This document shows positions 27,666 through 40,871 of a stretch of 64,000 nt of DNA, piece after piece (the first letter of the stretch is position 1; each line of letters opens with the position of its first letter). The notes under the pieces were generated by a model, which ran no database searches, had not been told where the DNA came from, and worked only from the letters and a program-made list of their open reading frames with translations. The DNA comes from Trichosphaerium sp. ATCC 40318 (Eukaryota; Protista; Tubulinea), in the NCBI GenBank assembly GCA_038496445.1, contig JALMLS010000062.1, positions 434,001-498,000 of the forward strand, written 5' to 3'. The translations under genes and the position numbers were made by a program.

Positions 27666-30341
27666 TCATGTATACACCTCCTTACAGCACTCTATCGCTT
27701 CCATAAGGAACTCATGTAGCGCCATAGGGTGTTTACAGACCGAATAAAGTAGTAAGGGACATGGTATATCCTATTACATAAACCAGTAAGTTTTTAAGTC
27801 CAAAAAAGAACATTCTAAAAAAGAGAAGACGCACGAGGTTGATAGATAAATTACAGGAAAGAATATAAAATGAAACACATCAAAGGCTTTAGTAATAGCA
27901 TTCTTTTTTGGTTTTGGAGGGTTAAATATACTAGCATACATATTGGTGCATGTACTAAAGGAATACTGTTAGACTTCAAACCAAGTGACATGTATTTTAG
28001 TTCATACTATCTTGCTGCATCGCGCATTTCTTTATCTGACATATTCTCATTAGCACATTCCTAATTGCGTGTGAGAAAAATCATCAAGTTGGGTGTAACA
28101 GAAGATAGGTATTGTACAAGTTTCAAAGCAATAAATCTGATGAAATCATGATCGTCTGGTATATCTGGAGATTCAAGAACAGTGAAATACAGCTCAAGCC
28201 TATCACCAATTCATAAGCCAAAACCAATAACGCACGTATTAAAAACAAAGAAAAAAGAAGTACGAGAGTTTTGTGTGTTGCGCTATGGCGAATGGGATGT
28301 ATATTTTAACTAGTCCCTCTTTCATACTGTCACTGTCACCTGTTACGATAGAGTTTAGTTGTTATCTAGGATCTTGGCACGTTTATATATGTTAGCGTAC
28401 TGGGTTTATAAACATCTTTTTGGAGGAAGAATGGTTCAAGGAGAGGTAAGTACTCATTTTGCCATGGTGTTTCAGGTTTTGATATAAGTGCATGAAATTT
28501 GTGTAAAGTCATAACGTCATTATACCGTAGTCCTGGATCTTCACCTTTGTACACACGCCACATTGCATTTTCGATTGCAGTTAAGGAATGAACTTGTGCA
28601 GTGTATGATAGTACTTGATGAATCTCCTGTATAAGAACAAATAAGGATCTACAAAAAGTAACATCATTTAAAGAAAAAAATCGTACAGAAAACGATGCTG
28701 TGTTTATATCAAAGGCTGGTATTTGACCAAGACGTTGCTTGATGTAGTTCATCAATTTACGATTTTTGAAAGCTGACACACCAAGTATAGCTGTGTGTAG
28801 TAAGTATATTAACAAGTAACACTTGACTTACTAAATTGCTCGAGCATCCAATTAAAAACTGAATATGAATCTAGTATCGTGTTCCAGTCTATTGGGACAT
28901 CCTTCCACTAATGTACAGTTAAAAATAACGTTGGTTACGTTCAAAATACCTTGGGTACTACTGGATCCTTCAATGGACCATCAGCAACTTAAACAAAGAT
29001 GATTTAGAACGGGAGAATATTGAAAGAGTAAAAAAAAAGAAAGTCGTACGTTCACATTGCTTGTCAATGTATGCAATCACATCAAATCGGAATGGTTCTT
29101 TTCCAAAGTTTACACTGCATTTCGCATTGTTTGATCTCATGCCAATTGTTGGAAAGAACATTTGCCCTTCAATATCAGGCTACAAACAACATTCATGAAC
29201 AAAGTCTGAAACAACCAAAAAGAAGAAAAAGGAGTACATAAGGAACAACGCCAATAAAGTTGCCATTCTTTGTAAAGAACATTTCTTTTTCTTGAAAGTC
29301 AAATCCACATCCAATTGTATCATGAAGTCCCCACTTTTCTTTAAATGTGTATGTCCATCCATTCTCTGCATGCAAAACAAATTAAACACAAAACTTCATC
29401 ACTTGATTGCAAAACAAAAAAAAGCCCATCTTACGAAAGTAGAAGCCACCATCATCTCTTAAAAACACAAACAATTAATAGACACTTTGTATTTAGAACG
29501 CATATATTACCCGTGATATCCGTAAGAATACCTTTTCCATCCTGGCAACGCCTTGGTTTTTTCAAAATGCTTGATAGCAGCACCAATCCCGATAACACTA
29601 TAATTTTTGAGTATAATCATTACCAACGAAAAATTTAGCTAATAAGCAACCACTTACCCAGGGTGATCACCGCTATCAATCACATAGATCTCGTAGTATG
29701 ATACTGATGCGATTTTACCAAAAGGAAGTGGTCTCATAGGGTGTGATGCTTGACAACTCTAAATACAATTAAGCCATGAAATACAGAATGCAGCGTTCCT
29801 CACCATAGGCCTATTTTCACCAATTTTTGTGACCTCTGTATTGTCGTTTGAGAAACGTAAGAGTTGATCATGTTCTTCTACAAGAATGGTAGAGGTCACG
29901 TGCGCGGATAACATGAGTTGTAGTCATACCTTCTTTTACAAGTCTAAGTGATGACATGTATTCATGGAGAGGATATCGGTCTCTGAACAGTTGTTTCCAT
30001 GTCACACCATTTGGCAGATGGTGAACCCATTTATATTTGCTACAAATCATCGCCTTTTGTTGTAAACGCAACATGTCAGGCAAGTATTAGATGCGTAAGA
30101 TGCGTACCCATAGAGATTCAGCGGAATACATCTTTTTCCAACTCTTTGACACCAATGGAATAACACCTATTCATTTCAGCGTCAAATACGCGTCAAAAAC
30201 AACTTGCCGGTGTGTTTGATGGGTATTAACATAAATATCTTGTGAGCGATCTAATACGGTTACATCAGCGATTTTTAGTTATTTAAAAGCGTTTTACGTC
30301 ACCTCAAGCGGTATTTGAGATAAATCGTTGCGTGAGTTCAT
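27666..30341 (-). CDS. F-box + SPRY (RanBPM-like) domain protein, multi-exon
   Basis: LSQIPLEIAHKIF..LVSKSWKKMYSAESLW; SYYEIY, QPGW..YSYGYHG, DTIGCG, FFTKNG, FPTIGM, VNFGKEPFRFD. Confidence 0.8.
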
Positions 30342-30607
30342 TTTTTTTTTGAGATACGCAAGTAAATACAAAGCAGATGGTGGGTTCAAGCGTTAGCAAG
30401 AGAATGGATATTAATGTTAACAACAAGCACGTGTTAAGTGAATTGTACTCGGTCAACTACATTATCTCCAGAAAAATCTTGTTTCTATCCACGTGTAGAA
30501 CACTACACCAAAGCGTCATACACAGAGCACAACAAAGATACGATCAGTAATTTACTGTCAATGCGAAGGTTTATTCTATCTGCTACTACAAAGGGCTTTT
30601 ATGGCGT

Positions 30608-33600
30608 CTAAACTTCAGAGCCTCTATCAAGAGTGTGTACGTTCCAACGGTGAGCATTGCTACCAGGTGCTCTTGGTCTACAACCATTGCAGCACTCAAT
30701 TTTTCTCATACAGTAGCATCTTACAGCAAATACACCATTGTATTCAAGCGTAGTATAGTCTTGAGTATAGATCTCATCAGAGCACTCAGGATCTTTGGAA
30801 GCAGCTACTGCGCAATCATTTCCAAAGTGTCGGTTGTGATAAGGTGAAGCACGTCCTCTAATTAGTACTTCTTTCTTGCAATCCCTCCATGTTTCTCCAG
30901 GGCAATCGTGATGTCTTGTTCCTCCTCCAAGGTTTATGTAGGTTCCATGTCCATCGCAATAGACTCCGGCTTGTTTCAAGACGAGCTTTGGTGGGTTGAA
31001 AAGAGGTGTATCTGTTTTAGGTTCCAAATCACAGTTCCTGCAGTCGTTTGTCATTGGCCATTTAGGTACGCGTGTTACGTTTTTGTTTAAGTTTACAGCA
31101 TCGCAAGAGATACATTCATCGCCGTGTCTCCAAGGGATATCTTGATGTTGTGGAGGCGATACATAGCCTGGGAAGAGACGACCTGATCCTTTAATGTAGC
31201 ACGTGGAGTGGTATGCTGGATCTCCAGGAAGTACAACTTCTTCAAGTCCAAAGGTCTCGGATGGTATACGTCCTCGCACATTAAAGCACACGTCAACGTT
31301 TTTAGGGTCTTCTCCAAGATCTACTACGTCATCTACGCAGATTTGTGGGAGGAGATCAGCTTCAGCGTTGTATTGGTTCTCTAAGATTTCTCTTGGCATG
31401 ACAATGTATGCGTTACATCCACGCCTGATATCACATAATCTAGCACAAACATCGGCATTGTTATAGATTCTAAAGCAATCTAAATATGATGTGGTTAGCA
31501 GGCAACAGACATGAGTGCAAATACAGTTTTTCTCAAACAATTTTGCTTCTAAGATCTTTTACGTACCATAAACGTCACGACGAGCAGGTAAGTAACAGTG
31601 ATCAATACGACTTGAAAAAACAGTTAGCGCACGTGATTCAAGAAAGAAAAATTAAAAAACACGTGTTACGTACACGAATCCACCCTCAGGGTTTTCAAGT
31701 CCATAAATGTGTTCAATTTGTCTATTAACAAAGTCTATATCAATACAGTCTCTGTATCCTCTCCACAGCCATTGAGCAACATATGATCCGAACTCAGCAC
31801 CGGCTGGCATTGTAAGCTTAACCATATCAGCATCAGCAGGCCTATGTGCCCAATGTTCGAACTTGAAGATACCAAGAACGAAATCCAAGTCAGTGTTTGT
31901 GTATTCGCAATAGTTCTTTACTTCGAGATCATCTTTGTATCCAAATAGTTTTGCATTATCTGCCCAACCACCGAAAGATTCTGGTCTAGGAATGAAATTC
32001 GGAGAAGAAGGAAGGATCTCGCCGCTGTAGAATTCCTCATGAGGTATAAAGTCATCAGAACGAGCTCCAAGCCGTCTGTGGTAAACAGGCAAGTTTTTAC
32101 AAGCTCCATCAGGTGCGTCCTCGAAGTAGGCATCCATAGCGGTGAAAGAAACTTCTTTAAGTCTAGCTTCATCCTCGGCTTTGACAATGACATAGTATGA
32201 AGGTTGAGTGTGACCAACTGCCCATTCAATCTCAAACTCTTGACCAGGACCGACCTGAACATTTGGAGAAGAATGTCTTCTTGGTGGGCAAGGTGTGGTT
32301 GTACTGGCGATATCCTTACTTCTGGACCCACTTGTCCCCCAATTGTGGGCGTTAATCGAAGGGAAGGAGACCAAAGCAATAAGGAAGACAGCCAAGATTA
32401 GTGTTGGCATCTTTCCATTTAGACGCATTGTTAAACCCAAAATAGCAAGAGCCATGATTAAGAAAGAAGCTGTCGATTTCGAAGCAGGTGAGGTATTTGA
32501 TCCTCTAGCTGCAATTACGGTGTCTTCAGGTTCGGCTGGAGGATTAGTGGTTGCAAGACACTTGCACATGCGAAGTCTAAAAAAAGTCAGTAAATATAAT
32601 AAAACCATGTGAAAAAAGAAAGAGCGTTATTGACACATACCCGATGGTGGTATCACCACTTCTGGAATCACAAGTAACAGCTCCTGTGCTACGTCCTTGA
32701 TCGCCGCATCTTGTGTCGTCATAGTAGCATAGGCCGTCAGTACCCATTGTAGCTCCTTTGTTGTTGCATCCGCTTACAAAAGGAAGTTTACAAGGGAAGC
32801 TTTGTGGAATAATGAGTTCTTCAATTTTTAATGGACTGTTGATGCTCTCCATGGAAACACGATCACATAAGAGGTTCTCTTGAGCACATCTAGCGGTACA
32901 AGATTGACCTAACTACAAAGAGATTGTTAACGCAAATCGAAAAAGAAAAAAAGTTGAACAATACTCACGTTTGATTGGAACCATGTTTGAACTGGTTTGG
33001 TTTTAGAAGATTCTTTAAGTGTTAATGGGCCATCTGCGCCATTTGGCCAGTAAAAGGCGCCAGTATTGGCATCGCCTTGCTTGATTAGGCAATGGAAAGT
33101 GACACTTCCGGTTCCTTTTGCTGGAGCCTTCCATTTCCATGTTGACTTGAGAGGCTTGAGTTCAGCGCTCTGGTGTGTAATACTCTGGCGACACTCGTGT
33201 GTATTAGGCCAAGGTAATTGAAAGAATGCTACAAAAAAAAGTCAACACGTGAACAACAAGCACAAAAAAAGCAAAAAAAAAACAAAGTCAGAAAATGTAA
33301 CGTCAACAAACAAAAAAATGATAACAACAAACAATTCATAATAAAATTTGTGAACACCGTACGGTTTGATTCATCAGGTAAAAGCCATTCACCAACTCTG
33401 TTACCATCCTCATCTTGAGCGTATATGAGAATACCGCGGTATTTGAAGGCATAGTTGTTGACACGAATGCTAATGTCCATAACCATGTCTGGAACATATT
33501 CGTTCTGTTTATCGTCTTCTGGACCAGCCCATGTGCTGTATGCACTACTACGAACCACTTTTGTAGCCCAAGACATACGAGGTTCTGGATCCGTTCTACA

Positions 33601-33759
33601 AGTAAGCCTGTCGACTCTTCCGTTTCCGAAAACTCTGTAATCTTCTGGAGGACAACCCCATTCAGATGAAGAGGCGTCACAATTCGGTACAGATTCTGTT
33701 GGCCTCGAAGCGCCATAAACAGTCACAATGAGAGCAACCAAGAAGAAAGTTACCCGCAT
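30608..33759 (-). CDS. Large secreted/membrane protein: signal peptide - Reeler domain - Cys-rich region - TM - internal signal peptide - His-initiated LPMO-like domain - Cys-rich C-terminal region
   Basis: Exons join in frame via GT-AG introns. Reeler: YRGILIYAQDEDGNRVGEW..WKAPAKGTGSVTFHC. Two hydrophobic segments around RLNGK; HNW..EWAVGH..QWLWRGYRDCIDI. Confidence 0.75.
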
Positions 33760-34724
33760 TTTCTACAGGGAAGTTTAGATCAAATGAAACCTTATTGTTA
33801 TGTCACGTGATGAGGAGAAAAGTAAAACAGAACATGTATTTACCTGAGTTAAAGTAATATTAAAGTAATATTCACTTGTTGCCACAGGTGTTTGTGTTAG
33901 AATACACTGAAAAATTTGACGAGTTTTTCAGCTAGCGGTGAGTCATTACCGCGGTACCGCTAGTGCTGCATAAAATACACAACAAAGCCGTACAGAACAT
34001 AGCAACACTATCGTTTGTAACGAAAGGGAAACACTCCTAAAATAATATGTGAACCACGTGATACGAAAAGGGCCTATACCTGTACCCTGCTCAAGCATAG
34101 ATGTCCCAATAAAAATAACACGTGAACAACACTTAACTTTTTACTCTCAATGCGAACGATCTGCACATATGAAAATGTCAACCACAAGTTACACGGAAAG
34201 TTCCAGAGAATGAAAAGGTAAAATTACGCTATTTTTATATGACGCAAAATTACGATTTCGCGGTTTTAACAATCATCCTCTACGTAGATAATGTAAACTA
34301 ACAACTAGCGCCTCAAATATTATGTGCATTGTACCGAACATACCGCAACTACACTTTGCCGATACTTTCGGCCACTACTTTTTTTGCACTTTTTGTAAAG
34401 TTCATGTAATTACAAAAAAAGTATATACTGCTGTATAATCACTGTTTCGGGTTGTGCAAATGCCTTTTCAGTTGACATACAGTGTCGGACAAAAGAATTT
34501 TCCTGGCGTCATATTTTAGTTGATACCTGCTAGCTGTTAAAATAAAGCAACTATTCTATTGTCAACTGTATGCTTGCAAGGGAAGAACAAAAACGATCAC
34601 AACAAATAGGATTACCAAGGCTTGTTTATCGATTATCTTCTTAGCCGGTCGACACTTTCACCTAGTTAAAGCATACTAAAACTCCACAAAAGTACAGACT
34701 TGTGTGAAAAAAACTGTGTCTATT

Positions 34725-35106
34725 TTATTGTGCTAAGCAATTATACAGCCATTGGTAGCTTTTTTCTTTACACCATTGATGTAGTCGAATGTCTCCACAG
34801 TTTGTTTGTTTACCAACATACCAGTACTGCTTATTTTCTTCCTTTTTAGCATTGACATAGTGACATTGCACGGCCAATTGTCCTGTTTCATACCACTTCT
34901 CCTTTTCTCGTTCCTTTTCATTTACATACTGACACGGGTCTCTCAACTCCCATTTGCACACCATCTACTATGCTTTCCTTCACGGTTACCATTGCCATAA
35001 AACCTTGACCTTGCAACTGGCCACGTGTAAAAAATACTACACTCCTTAGATTCGCAATACTCTTTAACTTTTTCTTGCCCTTGCCATATTCTGCCTCAAA
35101 GACCAA
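34725..35106 (-). pseudogene. MORN-variant repeat gene remnant
   Basis: Frameshifted fragments GQLQG, KWYETGQLAVQCHYVN, YINGVKK. Confidence 0.65.
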
Positions 35107-35261
35107 TTACTTTGTGTGTATGACCCCTGGCTACAACGCAATATTTGCTTGGATGTTATCGCGTGAAAACTCATGTACAAAGTTGTGAGATTGAATTTCT
35201 GAGTAGAAATTACTGCAAAGACAAATACAAACAAATAATTATTGGGTCAGGGATAATTTTA

Positions 35262-36104
35262 CTAAAGTTCCTTCTTATCATCAGCGTCTTTAACACTATT
35301 GACATGTTCGCACAACGTTCCCTGAACAGGCGTGAAAGAACCTGTTACGATATCGTTACCAGTTGATTTGAAGGCTACTTTAAATTGACAATAGCAGTCT
35401 TCTAAGAAGGAGATAAACTGCATCTCAGCATTAAACGGTGTTCCTTTCACAAAAGGAACAGTAGGAGAATCCAACCAACGTGCTGTTGTACCACTTTCCA
35501 CTTGAAACTCGCTTGGACCTACATACTCGTCCCCAGCGTACTTTGGGTTGCTTCCTGACATTGCACCAACCTCTGGAACATCATCATCTTCTCCATTAAC
35601 AACAGCGATAGTGAAAAAACTGAAATCTGAAGCTGTTGGTACTTCCTGAGCGTAGTATTCGGCATACTAGTGTAAACATTCAGTGAATTGTTTTGTTTAG
35701 GTTTGCTTGCGTACCCTTGAGTCTGTTGTTGCTTGGACGTATTGTCCGGACGCACAGCGACTTCCAGAGATTGTAGAGAACACTTCGAAGCTATATGTAG
35801 CAGTGTACATATCTCGAGGTGCTTCAGCGCTTCGTAGTGGTCCAAGGTCGCATGTATACGCAAACTCATTTGCCTGACATGACCCAGATACCTAAAAACA
35901 AGGTTTACACAAACAGTAGTCTTAACAGCTTCAAACCTTGCGACAGTAGTCGCCCATGCCTGTAATGACACTTCCAGTTTCTGCACAGTACACTTGGCTA
36001 GTTCCTGAAGTCTTTATCTCCATGTTCGAACAAGAGCATGCGCTTTGAGCTACTGTAACGTATAATACTACCACTAGAGGTATCAAGTAAAAGAAAAAGC
36101 TCAT
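35262..36104 (-). CDS. Secreted Cys-containing protein of unknown function
   Basis: ATG at 36104 gives MSFFFYLIPLVVVLYVTVAQSACSC; a GT-AG intron links it to the ORF ending at 35262. Confidence 0.65.
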
Positions 36105-36659
36105 CAGGTGCTTCGGTTTATGTTGCGAGATTTTATGTGGACTATAAACTGAATCAATGCACTGTGAACTTACTTGGTAGCATATGTTACGCAGTCTCTT
36201 TACAATCTATACAGTTCCTTGACTCATACAGTTCTAAAGTGTACGGAAACCGAGATTGAGCAGCGTGGTGTATAAGTTGAACATAAAACTCAGTCACGTG
36301 GTTACAAACAAATTGAGCGGCATCAGTCTTTTTAGGAGTAGTGACAGATTACGGTTTAAAAATTAAACGGAGCATTCAATAAGACGTTACTCGCATCCAC
36401 CTAAAACGCCTGTGTCAACAACCGTTGAATCTTGGAATATTATAGTACTAGGTTCAAAACAAAGGTACAGTGTAAGTTAGACATTACCAAGTCAATGTTT
36501 TTGTACGAACTAAGTACTTGCTTTGATGTATGAGTGCTTTATGAAGGCTACGAAGAAGCTTGTTTCGGTGTTAGCTAAGTATAATATGATGCATAACGAA
36601 CAGTTAGAAGCAAAATTGAATACTCCTAAAAAGTCTACCCAACAATAACCAACTGGTTA

Positions 36660-37665
36660 TTATGCATCAAGTTTCTTAAGAATCATGGCTGCTGATAGAA
36701 TAAAGGTTTCTTTAACTACAACGTTCAAGTTAACCACTTTTACATAGCGACAGTGAATCACATACCATTGATTGCATCTTTTGATGAAATTTCAATGTAC
36801 TCCATCCCAAGCCCAGAAGCAAATACCTAGCACATTTTTTAACACTTCAAAACAAAGGAGAGATTGGCATAATACCTTGGCAACTTCATGATCAACAGTA
36901 CGCTCTTCAATGAGATCACTTTTTGTTCCAACAAGCATTTTTATTGTACTCTGTAATGTATATCTTTCAAGCTCTTGAAGCCACCTTTGGCTATTATGGA
37001 AACTCCCTTGGTCTGTCGTGTCATACAATATCAAAACACAGTGGGCTCCTCTAAATTGATTGTAACCAACCCTCCGTAATCTCTCTTGACCTACAAAAAA
37101 GCCTTTTACAAACTATCTTCCAGCAAAGGACTCACCACAAGTATCCCAAATTTGAAGCTTAACCTTTTTACCATACACTTGTATGGTTTTTATTTTCTAC
37201 ATTTGACACGTGTTAAAACTGCATACTGTTTCAAAGTAGGCTCAAGAAAAGAATGGTTACTTTTGAGGTATCCATGGGTACGTACAAAGTCAACACCAAT
37301 TGTTGAGATGAATGAATCTGTATATGTGTCATCAGCAAATCTAAGTACAGTACAACTTTTTCCAACACCAGAATCTCCAACAAGGAGTATTTTGAATAGA
37401 TAGTCACTAGCAATGTAAATCAAACATGGGATGAACTTAGAGGAGTGTATTGTACTATTCTCGCGCGGGCATGTCTCGTTTAGGCTTGTTTGTAACTGTT
37501 GAATCTGATAATTGTCAGTATCGCTTGACGATAATAAACCATAAACAGCTCAAAGCAGTTGCGCTTGTGGCGTTCAGAGTAAAAAAATAGGGAAATCAAA
37601 GTTTAGCAGTCCCTACCTCCTTTTCCGTGTTTGCCGTTACTCTCTTTACTAATTTTACTACCCAT
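36660..37665 (-). CDS. Divergent Rab1-like GTPase with N-terminal MGSKIS and no C-terminal Cys
   Basis: Spliced: [89 protein letters not shown]. Confidence 0.85.
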
Positions 37666-38310
37666 TGTAGTTTTCCTTTTGCCTGTTGGTATATTTCAAA
37701 GAATCTAAGCCCACCTTAGTTGTGTCTAAGTGAAAACAGTTTTTTCTTTCGCTTCTTTGCTCTTATACTCACACGCTATGAATACTAGTTTGATTGGTGT
37801 CATGCCACGAACTATAGCCCAGATTACTTTTTTTAACTGGATAAGTTGATTCAGCTTTTCTTCTTTTTTTTGTTCAACACGTGACTTGTCCAATGTTGTG
37901 TTGAAACTTTGGTGTGCCAATATTTTTCTCTATTTCAGACGCCTGTATGGTCATCAAAACATTGTAAATCGGTAAGCAACTTGCTATATAATGTACTATT
38001 CCAAACTCCTTACTAGAAAATTGGGTCTCGGCACAATCCAACAGCTACTTTTACAGAATACATGCTCGCACATAAATAACAACAACGAAGGTTCTCAGGT
38101 ACTGTTTATGCATGAATCGTTTATTTAAGTCAACGTTGGTACCGTACGCAACCTCTCCTATTCTCCACTCATTGAGTCACCTCATGTGAGATTTCCTTTT
38201 TAGTCTTCTAAATTATCGAAAAATACAATGATAGTCAACCAAAATAAACAGACATTGTCATTTATCACTCTTGTTCACAACTCGCTGTATATTTTGACAG
38301 CGTCGTAAAT

Positions 38311-39589
38311 ATGGAGTCAACTACACAGTTTATTGATTACTTTCCTATGGAGGTTATAGTACTTATTTTACACTTTATACCAACGCCCTCTCTTCAATCG
38401 GTTGTTCAAACATGTACTCTTTTCATTACCATCGCAAGAAATACAGATAGGTGATTCAAAACAGCTAAAGAGGCTATGGACTGAGGCACCAGAATTCATT
38501 AAAACAAAATGTATCATTATATACCCACGTGCAAGGTTTAACGACTACTACAAGCATTTCAAAGGGGTTCATAATATTAAATTCGTAGGATATTCTTCAT
38601 TAAAAGACAAGAGCATCAAAGCACTCAAAGGCGTTCATACGATCCACTTGGCAGGGTGTCACCAAATAACAGATGCTGGTGTTAAAGCACTCACAGGTGT
38701 CCATACTATTAACCTAAAAGAGTGTATTAAGATAACAGATAAATGTATGAAGTCGCTCGCAGGTGTTCATAGTATTGTCCTCTCACGTACCAAAATAACA
38801 GACAAAGGTATCAAAGAACTGAAAAACGTTCATACTATCGATTTGCATGACTGTAAAAGTATAACAGACGAAGGTATTAAAGCACTAAAAGGAGTACATA
38901 ACATCAACTTAATGGCGTGTAAACAAATAACAGATGAAGCTGTTAAAGCTCTTGAAGGCGTCCATACCATCAACTTAGTGTACTGTATGAAAGTAACAGA
39001 TGAGGGCCTTAAAGCGTTGAAAGGAGTTCACACCATACACCTTAACAGCAACTCAATAACAGACGATGGTATAGCATCTCTCAAAGGTGTCCACACCATT
39101 ACTTTGGGTGAACAATGTGATCAAATATCAGATAAAACCATCAAAGCTCTGAAAGGTGTTCATAAGATTAAGCTATCATCGTGCAAGCAAATAACTGATA
39201 AAGGCATCATGTCATTAAAAGGTGTCCATACTATAAGCTTGGAGCGTTGTGACACAATAACAGATAGAGGTATAAAAGCACTTAAGGGCGCACATAAGAT
39301 TACCTTGTATAATTGTAAACAAATAACGGATATTGGTATCAAGGCACTAAAAGGTGTTCACGCAATCACCTTGAAAGACTTACAAATAACAGATGAAGGT
39401 GTGAAAGCCCTAAACAGCGTACACACGATTAAATTGAAGATGTGTGGCAGAATATCAGATGAGGGCATCAAAGCACTGATACATGTTGACAATATTGAAA
39501 TTTTCTATTGTCAACATGTTACAGAACAAGGCATCAAAGAGCTTAAAAAAGCTTCACAAAGACCTAACCTAGTTTTATCGTACTATTAA
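38311..39589 (+). pseudogene. F-box/LRR paralog of 22532-23824 with a frameshifting deletion after the F-box
   Basis: ATG 38311 gives MESTTQFIDYFPMEVIVLILHFI..CTLF, with a stop at 38454. The LRR array continues in another frame, and about 25 nt are missing relative to the paralog. Confidence 0.8.
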
Positions 39590-40062
39590 TGTAAGCCATT
39601 CTATGGTCACAATTAGTAATTGGCCAACTCACATCAAAAACAATACACTATCAAAACACCTACCAACCTCTGAAACAATTGTTTGAATGTTTGAACATAT
39701 TGTACCACAATGCCATAGTTTGTGTTCAAAGGTTTTCAGGTCACTTTTTTAGATTCTAGTAACTAAACCCAATAAATTAAATTTGGTTTATATTGTGTAG
39801 TTGTAACGTTGTCAGCTTCTGTATAATATTTACTTTTGCACCATTTTGACGTTGCATTCTAGTTTGATTTCTTATTGCCATGCAATTTATTCCTATGCAC
39901 TCTGCGTCAATATGTCAGTACCAGATGAGAAATACACTACACACAAACGAACGTATGCTAACATCAAATATAGCCATTCTCACATCACGTTTTGATCGTG
40001 ATAAGCCGATGAAACAACTTAACAAAGATCATTTTGAATAAGGATTATTAGCCAACAAGACA

Positions 40063-40410
40063 ATGACAAATCTCGCTCAACTACCACCTGAACTGCTACA
40101 GAATATACTAGGCCATGATATGGTATTCATGGATTGCTCAACGACTTGTACATTATTCCATGATATCATTGTTAACGCACCGTACTACAAGGTTACTAAC
40201 TTATCTACAAGCGACGACACGATATGTCGCCTTTGTTTCTATTTTATATGAAAATCCGTTTAATACGCCTACACACCTTCTGATACTACTTTACATAGAT
40301 AAAAAAGGCGGTTTCGGCGTTTAATAAAGATTATAAAAAAGGTTTAAAGAAGTTTGATGCTCTAGGCTATGGAATAGAGATGTTGTTGGGAAATGGAATT
40401 TACGTGAATT
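40063..40410 (+). pseudogene. Truncated F-box gene, second exon resembling the start of a Sec7 domain
   Basis: LAQLPPELLQNIL..STTCTLFHDI; after a putative intron, IKKAVSAFNKDYKKGLKKF; the ORF then runs into low-complexity DNA. Confidence 0.45.
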
Positions 40411-40797
40411 GCAACTTTTTTGTTTTTTTTGTTTTTTTTGTAAATCGCGTTACAAAATTGAAATATGTGCACCAAAAACAGTTTCAACAATAATTTCTTT
40501 GAAATATTTGTAAAAAACTGTTGGCACCAAAAAAAGTATTAAAACCAAAAAATTATCAGACCAGCAAACTTTTCTTACCATTTTCTTTTTTTTTTGTCTT
40601 TTTTTTGACTATCTTTGGAGGCTGTTCAAATGAGCTACTGCTTATATTGCCCTTCAAGTCAAAGTATACATAGTCTTAGAGCGTCACATTCACTTGGTTA
40701 CTTGTGACTACTTGCGTTGCCACATGAAGCCTCTTTCCACCACTCCACCTAACAAAGTTTATACATACATGGTGTAAACATACCGGTAAAAGAAAAA

Positions 40798-40871
40798 GGC
40801 GCAAGTTGCAAAGTAGGATACAATGCTCACTCTCCATGCATGGGTTAGTGGTTCGACTCCTGCCAAGGCCA
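40798..40871 (+). other. Degenerate tRNA-like / Pol III A-box and B-box element
   Basis: Exact B box GGTTCGACTCC at 40850-40860, A-box-like TTGCAAAGTAG about 44 nt upstream, 74 nt GGC...GCCA; stems pair poorly. Confidence 0.3.
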
